Positions 57,723 to 64,000 of a stretch of DNA of 64,000 nucleotides are shown here, piece by piece (positions within the stretch are counted from its first letter, which is position 1; the number at the start of each line of letters is the position of its first letter). This stretch comes from a bacterium (GTDB lineage Bacteria > Patescibacteriota > Minisyncoccia > Phycocordibacterales > Phycocordibacteraceae). Both the position numbers and the translations under genes were made by a program. The notes under the pieces were generated by a model. The model ran no database searches and was not told the DNA's origin. It was given only the letters and a program-made list of their open reading frames with translations. The stretch is taken from the NCBI GenBank assembly GCA_021778295.1, contig JAJYCP010000001.1, positions 66,513 through 130,512 of the forward strand. The letters are read 5' to 3'.

Positions 57723-58976
57723 ATGGAACCCTCGAAAACCTATAGCCGCGGGCGCAGTATCGCAGTGCGCGGCATCTCGTTCGCGCTTGTCGCCGCTGTC
57801 GCTTTCGGTGCGGGGATCTTTATGGGCGCAAACGGTTCCGCAGCGTCCGTCGTTACGCACATCCCGCTTCTCGGCGATGGGCTCGATCCGACACCGGCCC
57901 CAGGGGTCGATCTCACTGATTTTTGGGAGGCATGGAACGCGCTGCAAGCGAACTATGTCGTTACCCATGCTTCTTCAACGCTCCCTTCGGTTCAAGACAG
58001 AATCTTCGGCGCAATCCAAGGTCTTGCCGCCTCCTATGGCGACCCGTACACGGTCTTCTTTCCCCCTGCGCAAGCGAAGGCGTTCGCCGAAAATATTTCA
58101 GGAAGTTTTGCAGGTGTCGGTATGGAAATTGATATAAAAAATAATGTTCTGACCGTTATCGCACCGCTGAAAGGAACGCCCGCTGAAAGAGCCGGCATCA
58201 AAGCGGGGGATATCATCGCAGCCATTGACGGCGCATCAACCAATGGTCTTTCAATCGATGCGGCAGTGAACGAAATCCGCGGTCCTGTCGGTACGACGGT
58301 CGATTTCACCATCATCCGCGGCAGCGAAACGCTTGATATCAAAGTGGTTCGCGCCATCATTCAGGTGCCCGAGATCGAAGACGGTTACGATGCAAAGACC
58401 GGCGTGTATCATATCGCGCTCTATGAATTTACCGCCAATTCCGCAAGTCTCTTTGACCAGGCTTTCGCGCGCTTCAAGGCCTCAGGCTCACGGAAGCTCG
58501 TCATCGACTTGCGCGGCAATCCGGGCGGCTATTTGGATGCCGCAGTCGATATCGCAAGTCATTTTCTCCCCAAAGGCGCGACCGTCGTGACCGAAGATTT
58601 CGGCGGCAAGGAACCGAACCGCGTGCATACCAGTCTCGGCTATAACGACTTGCCTGCGGGCACAAAAGTCGTGGTGCTCATCGACGGCGGATCCGCCTCC
58701 GCCTCCGAAATACTCGCCGGCGCCCTGCAAGATACGCATAGAGCGACACTGATCGGTACGCGTTCTTTCGGCAAGGGTTCCGTGCAGACGCTGATGAATC
58801 TCGATGGTGGTTCGCTCAAAATAACAGTTGCACGCTGGATTACTCCCGCCGGGCATTGGATTATGGGCAACGGTATCACGCCGGACATTGTCGTACCGAT
58901 TACAAAGGCGGACATCGCCGCAAAAAAAGATCCGCAAATGGCGCGTGCGGTCCAGTTTTTGACTACGGGTTCCTGA
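57723..58976 (+). CDS. C-terminal processing peptidase (S41)
   Basis: GDPYT, PDZ domain, DLRGNPGG, SASASEI, FGKGSVQ. Confidence 0.95.
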   Translation: MEPSKTYSRGRSIAVRGISFALVAAVAFGAGIFMGANGSAASVVTHIPLLGDGLDPTPAPGVDLTDFWEAWNALQANYVVTHASSTLPSVQDRIFGAIQGLAASYGDPYTVFFPPAQAKAFAENISGSFAGVGMEIDIKNNVLTVIAPLKGTPAERAGIKAGDIIAAIDGASTNGLSIDAAVNEIRGPVGTTVDFTIIRGSETLDIKVVRAIIQVPEIEDGYDAKTGVYHIALYEFTANSASLFDQAFARFKASGSRKLVIDLRGNPGGYLDAAVDIASHFLPKGATVVTEDFGGKEPNRVHTSLGYNDLPAGTKVVVLIDGGSASASEILAGALQDTHRATLIGTRSFGKGSVQTLMNLDGGSLKITVARWITPAGHWIMGNGITPDIVVPITKADIAAKKDPQMARAVQFLTTGS

Positions 58977-58995
58977 TAGCGTAGGATGGTCCTCT

Positions 58996-59442
58996 ATGAA
59001 AGTCATCCTGACGAAAGATGTAAAAGGCATCGGGCGCGCTCACGAAACGGTTGAAGTTTTGGGCGGTTACGCGCTCAACTACCTCATCCCGAAAAAACTT
59101 GCGGTTTCCGCGACAAAAAGTGCTGCAAAAGAGGCACACGAAAGGGAGAAACAATCGTTGGCCCGTAAGGAACTTACGGCGAAGCTCATCGAACAGAATC
59201 TTGCGGCGCTTGCCGCGGCGCGTGTCGTTATCAAAGCAAAAGCGAACGAAAAAGGCCACCTCTACGATGCAGTAGGGGAGTCTGAAATCATACAAGCGAT
59301 AAAAGAACAGGTGCGCGTGGAACTTCCCGAACATGCTCTGAAGCTCGAGAAGCCGATCAAGGAGCTTGGCACGTTCGCCGTTCCCGTTGCCACCGGGGAT
59401 TCATTCGGTACGTTTTCCATCCTCATCGAGGCTGACGCGTAA
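58996..59442 (+). CDS. rplI: 50S ribosomal protein L9
   Basis: MKVILTKDVKGIG…GYALNYLIP, PIKELG. Confidence 0.95.
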   Translation: MKVILTKDVKGIGRAHETVEVLGGYALNYLIPKKLAVSATKSAAKEAHEREKQSLARKELTAKLIEQNLAALAAARVVIKAKANEKGHLYDAVGESEIIQAIKEQVRVELPEHALKLEKPIKELGTFAVPVATGDSFGTFSILIEADA

Positions 59443-59485
59443 CGTATGGGCATCGTGCTCGTTTCCGGTACCGTACGCACTGAGC

Positions 59486-59998
59486 ATGAGTCTTGACGAG
59501 GCCCTCGCCGGGAAAGAAATCCCGGATAAAATCAGAGAGACGCTCGTACTCGTAAGCGTCCCCTATCTCTCTTTCGAGAAAGAAATTCGTGAAGGGCAGT
59601 TAGTCGTGCACGCGGAAGTCGCCGCGGAAGTGCAACAGCTCTTCATGAGATTGCTCGAGATACGTTTTCAAATCGAACAGGTTATTCCCATCGTCGCCTA
59701 CGGATGGGACGATGCGGTTTCCATGGCCGCAAACAATACGTCGGCATTCAATTACCGGCTCATACACGGAACAAATCGCCTCTCAAATCATTCGTATGGG
59801 TTGGCGCTTGATATCAATCCCGCCCTCAATCCATATACCCAATACGATGGGGAAGTCGTTCCTCCCGGCGCCCGCTACGATGTCGGAAGACCGGGAACGA
59901 TAACCGAGGAAATTGCTGCACTTTTCAAATCGCGCGGCTGGCAGTGGGGCGGCGACTGGCTCCGTAAGGACTGGCAGCATTTTCAGAAGCCGATGTAA
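59486..59998 (+). CDS. M15-family peptidoglycan metallopeptidase
   Basis: SNHSYGLALDINP, WGGDW…DWQHF. Confidence 0.9.
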   Translation: MSLDEALAGKEIPDKIRETLVLVSVPYLSFEKEIREGQLVVHAEVAAEVQQLFMRLLEIRFQIEQVIPIVAYGWDDAVSMAANNTSAFNYRLIHGTNRLSNHSYGLALDINPALNPYTQYDGEVVPPGARYDVGRPGTITEEIAALFKSRGWQWGGDWLRKDWQHFQKPM

Positions 59999-60053
59999 AC
60001 CGGTCGTGCTGCCATCAGCCCGAAGCGGGCGGTTCTGAACGATTCCAGTAACG

Positions 60054-60329
60054 CTACGAGACGACGTCAGCTACTTTTTTGCTGATGAGACGGCCGTCAA
60101 AGCATCTTTTACGGCGCGTGCGGAAAGCAACGGTGCCGGCGGTGAGCGCAAAGAGGGTATGATCGCGGCCGACCTTTACGTTTTTGCCCGCCTCAATCTT
60201 TGTGCCGCGTTGGCGGACGATGACCATGCCGGGACGGGCAGCGGCACCGTCAGCAAGCTTCACTCCGAGATATTTCGGGTTTGAATCGTTGAGGTTTTTC
60301 GCCGATCCGCCAGCTTTGGTTGATGCCAT
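60054..60329 (-). CDS. rpmA: 50S ribosomal protein L27
   Basis: MASTKAGGS…LGVK…IVRQRGT…DHTLFA. Confidence 0.96.
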   Translation of the reverse strand: MASTKAGGSAKNLNDSNPKYLGVKLADGAAARPGMVIVRQRGTKIEAGKNVKVGRDHTLFALTAGTVAFRTRRKRCFDGRLISKKVADVVS

Positions 60330-60349
60330 AATGGTATAGTTAAGACCCG

Positions 60350-60703
60350 ATGACTATAGCAGAAACACGCCAGATATGCAAAGGCCTCCTTGCACGCATA
60401 CCGCGAGATGTGCTCATTATCGTTATTCTCATACTTGCTTCGCTTTTGAGTTTCGGTCTTGGATATCTGACCGGCGTGGACGCGGCTGCGCAAAGGAGCA
60501 GCGCGACGCTTCAGGCATCCTCGTTCGTTGCTTCGACCACGTCCGGACAACAAGTGATCGCTTCGAAAAACGGGACAAAATATTATTTCCCTTGGTGCGC
60601 GGGCGCGGAGCGTATCGCGGAAACGCATAAAGTCTGGTTCGCCTCCGCCGCATCCGCACGCTCAGCGGGTTATACGCCTTCGGCAAATTGCGCCGGTCTT
60701 TAA
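60350..60703 (+). CDS. Membrane-anchored protein with an Ada-like metal-binding domain
   Basis: [13 protein letters not shown]…[19 protein letters not shown]. Confidence 0.75.
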   Translation: MTIAETRQICKGLLARIPRDVLIIVILILASLLSFGLGYLTGVDAAAQRSSATLQASSFVASTTSGQQVIASKNGTKYYFPWCAGAERIAETHKVWFASAASARSAGYTPSANCAGL

Positions 60704-60721
60704 TTTGTTACACTACGACAT

Positions 60722-61489
60722 ATGAACGAGGATCTTACGCGCGATACGCCCGTCGTGCACACTTCCGGGCAACAACACCGGGAGACGGCCGAACGGCTTA
60801 CGAAAGCGATACATGAGGGACAGCGTACGATGCCCGAAGATCGTCCGCTGCTCGTCTGTAAGCCGAATAAAATAGAATCGTGGCGCGTCTTTAAAATAAT
60901 GTCAGAATTCGTTGAAGGATTCGACGTTATCAGCCGTTGCGGACTCGCTGCGTCTTTTTTCGGCAGCGCCCGCGCCTCTTTTGAAGACGAGGTTTATAAA
61001 GATGCGACCGAGCTGGCCGGCCGCCTTGCGAAAAAAGGTTTCGCTGTCGTTACCGGCGGAAGCGCCGGGGTCATGCAGGCCGCAAATAAAGGAGCTTTTG
61101 AAGCGGGGGGAACTTCAGTCGGGCTCAATATCAATCTGCCGGACGCGCAGACCTACAACCCCTATCTCACCACCCGATTCAGTTTCGACCATTTTTTCGT
61201 GCGCAAAGTCATGCTCGCATACGCTTCCGAGGTTTACGTCTATTTCCCGGGAGGTTTCGGTACCCTTGATGAATTTTTTGAGATCGTAACACTCGTGCAA
61301 ACAAAAAAAATCCGCAAAGTACCCATCATCCTTTTCGGGAAGCACTATTGGGAACCGCTTCTCGCATTCATTGCCGAGACGCTCTATCGGCAGCATAAGG
61401 CAATCAATAAGGAGGATATGGAACTGTACCGGCTCGTTGATTCGGTCGACGAAGCGTACGATTACATTATTGCGAACGTTTCCTGCTAA
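60722..61489 (+). CDS. LOG-family (TIGR00730-type) phosphoribohydrolase
   Basis: FFGSAR, TGGSAGVM, PGGFGTLDE. Confidence 0.92.
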   Translation: MNEDLTRDTPVVHTSGQQHRETAERLTKAIHEGQRTMPEDRPLLVCKPNKIESWRVFKIMSEFVEGFDVISRCGLAASFFGSARASFEDEVYKDATELAGRLAKKGFAVVTGGSAGVMQAANKGAFEAGGTSVGLNINLPDAQTYNPYLTTRFSFDHFFVRKVMLAYASEVYVYFPGGFGTLDEFFEIVTLVQTKKIRKVPIILFGKHYWEPLLAFIAETLYRQHKAINKEDMELYRLVDSVDEAYDYIIANVSC

Positions 61490-61493
61490 GGAC

Positions 61494-61655
61494 ATGTCCG
61501 GTCTTGATTACAGCCAAAAGCGCCTTCTTGGGAAGGCGTTGAAAAGCAGAAAGCGCGATGCGCGCACTCGGCAGCTCCAGATTTACGCAGTCTTAACCGG
61601 TTTTCTTTCCATGCTTATTTCTTTTGCGACGTTAGTTGTTTGGATATTGAAATAA
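61494..61655 (+). CDS. Small single-TM protein (paralog 1)
   Basis: …RQLQIYAVLTGFLSMLISFATLVVWILK*. Confidence 0.6.
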   Translation: MSGLDYSQKRLLGKALKSRKRDARTRQLQIYAVLTGFLSMLISFATLVVWILK

Positions 61656-61724
61656 GCAGGGAAGTGAGGAAGAAAGCGGGCAAAACTTTTCCATAGGCCG
61701 GTTCCTCGTGATACCCTATTTTAT

Positions 61725-61838
61725 ATGAAAAGGAACAAACATTTTGTCGAACGTCTTGAAATCTACGCATTCTGGACCGGATTCATGAGCACAATCATCA
61801 GCCTTCTTCAGGTTATCATTATCGCGCTCAAGAAATAG
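61725..61838 (+). CDS. Small single-TM protein (paralog 2; 37 aa, not in ORF track)
   Basis: MKRNKHFVERLEIYAFWTGFMSTIISLLQVIIIALKK*; TGA-TACCCT 7 nt before ATG. Confidence 0.6.
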   Translation: MKRNKHFVERLEIYAFWTGFMSTIISLLQVIIIALKK

Positions 61839-61909
61839 GGAATATCTCTTTTGTTGGATATATGTATGTCGCACAATGTATCTTTTGCGACTTCCTCCCT
61901 CTATCCTAT

Positions 61910-62101
61910 TCATATACTGCGCACGGCAGAGGTAAGACGCTGGAGGTATACGGCAAGCCACTGCCAGGCCTGGGTGAGTATCTGCACAATGTAAGCAAGA
62001 TTCGCCTGTCCGGCGGGTGAATCGATTATCTTCTGAATGGAGATACCGAAAAATGATAGAGCGAGGAACAATACGAACATCCAGAAAATGAGTTTGAACA
62101 T
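61910..62101 (-). CDS. Small membrane protein
   Basis: MFKLIFWMFVLFLALSFFGISIQ…; TATAAT upstream. Confidence 0.65.
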   Translation of the reverse strand: MFKLIFWMFVLFLALSFFGISIQKIIDSPAGQANLAYIVQILTQAWQWLAVYLQRLTSAVRSI

Positions 62102-62149
62102 GGACGGTTCTATTATACAGCGGGTTACGTCCGGTGCTAGTATCTCGGC

Positions 62150-62773
62150 ATGACGAGAAAAGCCGCCGCGCTCCGGCACTTAAAGCAAGCCGATCCTTAT
62201 TTCTACAGGGTGACGAGGTTCCACCATCGTTCCCTCCCGGCGCGTCTTCCTGAGAAGCGTACTCGTGCCGCGCTGTTTGCAGCGCTTGTCTCGATCGTCA
62301 TCGCACAACAGTTGGGGACCGCCGCCGCCGACACTATCCTTGCACGCGTACGGGCGGCATGTCGGGGTCGCCTGACTTCCCTTTCGATCCTCAAAATGAA
62401 GCCCTCGCTTTTTCGTCAAGCCGGGCTTTCGGGTGCGAAGACGAAAACGCTCAAAGCAATCGCCAGCGCAATTGAAAGTGGCACGCTTGATTTACTCGCA
62501 TTGAAAGCACTTCCCGAAACGGAAGCGGCGCGTACGCTTATGAACCTATGGGGTCTCGGTCCGTGGTCAGTTGATATGTTTATGATGTTTGCGCTCGGTC
62601 GCGAAGATGTCTTTTCATCGGGCGATCTCGGCCTCGTCCGCGCGATGGAGGCGATCTATCACCTGCCAAAAGATTCCCCGCGCGGCACGCTCCTTGCAAT
62701 CGCGGGGAAATGGTCCCCGTACCGAACCTACGCGTGCCTCCTCCTTTGGAGAACTCGGGATACGAAGTTTTGA
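62150..62773 (+). CDS. AlkA-type DNA-3-methyladenine glycosylase (HhH-GPD)
   Basis: SIVIAQQL, LWGLGPWSVDM, GDLG, WSPYRT. Confidence 0.92.
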   Translation: MTRKAAALRHLKQADPYFYRVTRFHHRSLPARLPEKRTRAALFAALVSIVIAQQLGTAAADTILARVRAACRGRLTSLSILKMKPSLFRQAGLSGAKTKTLKAIASAIESGTLDLLALKALPETEAARTLMNLWGLGPWSVDMFMMFALGREDVFSSGDLGLVRAMEAIYHLPKDSPRGTLLAIAGKWSPYRTYACLLLWRTRDTKF

Positions 62774-62789
62774 TATGAATTTATTAGAG

Positions 62790-62938
62790 AACCCCTCTCA
62801 AAACTCCAGACGACGCGAGGGGTATGCCGCAGGAAAGGGCTCTCGGAGCCTGACGAGGCGAGAGCGAGACGCTTTTTCAGCAGAAAAAGACGGCGTACCT
62901 TTCCTGCGGCATACCCGAGCGGCGTTTTGAAATGGGTT
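62790..62938. mobile_element. MITE-like element, copy D
   Basis: AACCCCTCTCAAAAC…GTTTTGAAATGGGTT-CTAA; core matches copy A orientation. Confidence 0.78.
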
Positions 62939-64000
62939 CTAACGAATAATCACTTTCTCGACTGCATAAATGTTTCTGACGGCATAGTGGCTTGAAAAAC
63001 TGATGTCGTTGCCGTTTGCGACGTACGGATCGCGCATAATGTAATTGCCTCTTTGGCCGCTGACTAAGACCACAAAATGAGTGCCGCCATATGCTCGGAG
63101 TCCGACGATGACCGGATTACCGGTTGAAAGCGTCGCGTCGATCGTCGAGGCTATGCGAGTTGCGGAAATACCGTCCACATACGTCGTGAAAAGGAGGAGT
63201 GCCGGATAATAGGCCGCAAAATTGCTGGGATTTGAATTTATCGTAAGAGGCGTCACATTGCGATACCCATAGTGCGTCAAGACCATTGCCATGGCGGTCA
63301 CAAGACACCCGTCGCTCGCAAAGCGGTATTTCGTACCGTTGATAGGAATATTGCCCCAGAGCGCATCGCGCTGGTTGTAGTAACATCCCCACGCATCGCA
63401 CACGGTTTGATTCGTGAGAAGTTTCGAACCGCCGGCGGCCGTGACGAAAGTCGAAAAGCTTTCCAGTTCCGCTTGCGCTGCTGCAAGAAGTCTTTGGTAA
63501 TTTGATTCGCTGTTTTTTGTCTGCGCGAGCAATTGCTGCTGCGCAATTTTGCTTTCGGTAAGCGATCTGTTTTGGGCGGTCAATTGCGATTGCAAGGACA
63601 GGAGGTTCGTTTTCATCGCGGTTATTTGGCTGCGATTCGCCGCAAGCGTCGTGCGTACGGCGCGTAAATTGCTGATGTTGTTTGCAAGCGCTCTATTGAA
63701 CTGGACGGCGTCATCAACGGCCTGCCACGCATCGCGCAAGGAATTCGAGGAAATGATCATGGCGATGAAAGAAGATTGGTCGTTCTCCGCGACGTTCTGG
63801 AGCGCCTTCCCGATCGCGATCTGATCGGCGGCGATGGACGTTTCCTTGTCGCCCATAGAAAGCGTAAGTTCCCGTATCCGTAAATTAGCGGAATCGATTT
63901 CGTTCTGGGTCATCCTGATTTTTATGGCGAGCTGTTTTTGAGAGAGGGCCATCGAGCTGATAGTCGATTGCAGTGTATTTTTCTTCGCAGCGAGTATGTT
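62939..64000 (-). CDS. Coiled-coil protein with a C-terminal C39-like peptidase domain (5' end outside window)
   Basis: Long coiled coil; YYNQRD..W, GCLVTAMAM, THFVVL, MRDP; reading frame open to the window edge. Confidence 0.85.
   Translation of the reverse strand, partial: NILAAKKNTLQSTISSMALSQKQLAIKIRMTQNEIDSANLRIRELTLSMGDKETSIAADQIAIGKALQNVAENDQSSFIAMIISSNSLRDAWQAVDDAVQFNRALANNISNLRAVRTTLAANRSQITAMKTNLLSLQSQLTAQNRSLTESKIAQQQLLAQTKNSESNYQRLLAAAQAELESFSTFVTAAGGSKLLTNQTVCDAWGCYYNQRDALWGNIPINGTKYRFASDGCLVTAMAMVLTHYGYRNVTPLTINSNPSNFAAYYPALLLFTTYVDGISATRIASTIDATLSTGNPVIVGLRAYGGTHFVVLVSGQRGNYIMRDPYVANGNDISFSSHYAVRNIYAVEKVIIR

Noticed and set aside
51391-60329. rplU and rpmA separated and on opposite strands
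   Set aside because: Consistent with ordinary gene-order shuffling; no repeats marking an inversion were seen.
61716-61961. 81-aa minus-strand ORF
   Set aside because: It overlaps the better-supported plus-strand 37-aa paralog and shows no recognisable features.

Overview
A 64 kb bacterial chromosomal window using genetic code 11. The gene set and layout (short ProRS, two mreB genes, an ECF sigma/anti-sigma pair, tandem TrmB regulators, minimal dcw cluster) suggest Patescibacteria/CPR, probably Parcubacteria; this is inference. Roughly 27.5-64 kb is housekeeping: fmt, def, murA, mreB, holB, frr, rseP, proS, mreBC-mrdA, greA, lysS, mraZ-rsmH-ftsL-ftsI-murF, rplU, recR, dnaB, cysS, rplI, rpmA, tRNA-Asn and tRNA-Glu, plus four copies of a MITE-like palindromic element. 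Roughly 1-27 kb is accessory. The strongest candidate for a new system is a ~2.1 kb cassette (24.46-26.57 kb) bounded by an exact 64-bp duplication of the 3' end of a sensor-kinase gene. It encodes an MvdC/D-type ATP-grasp ligase, an EreA/ChaN-like hydrolase and a 47-aa graspetide-like precursor missing from the ORF track (MLPFLLEF...STFHTRCGHPRHIDD). The cassette sits at the edge of a ~11.5 kb island with a ThiF adenylase, an amino-acid dehydrogenase, a PaaK-like ligase, two TrmB regulators, an S9 peptidase, a nitroreductase-like oxidase and a 7TM histidine kinase. Two unrelated small His/Cys-rich genes in that island share a conserved promoter and structured 5' leader. Other observations: an orphan cytochrome b6-like protein, an orphan QueC-like protein, a mini-element duplicating the tRNA-Asn 3' end, and widespread apparent leaderless promoters. 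All family assignments are from motifs read by eye; no database searches were run.
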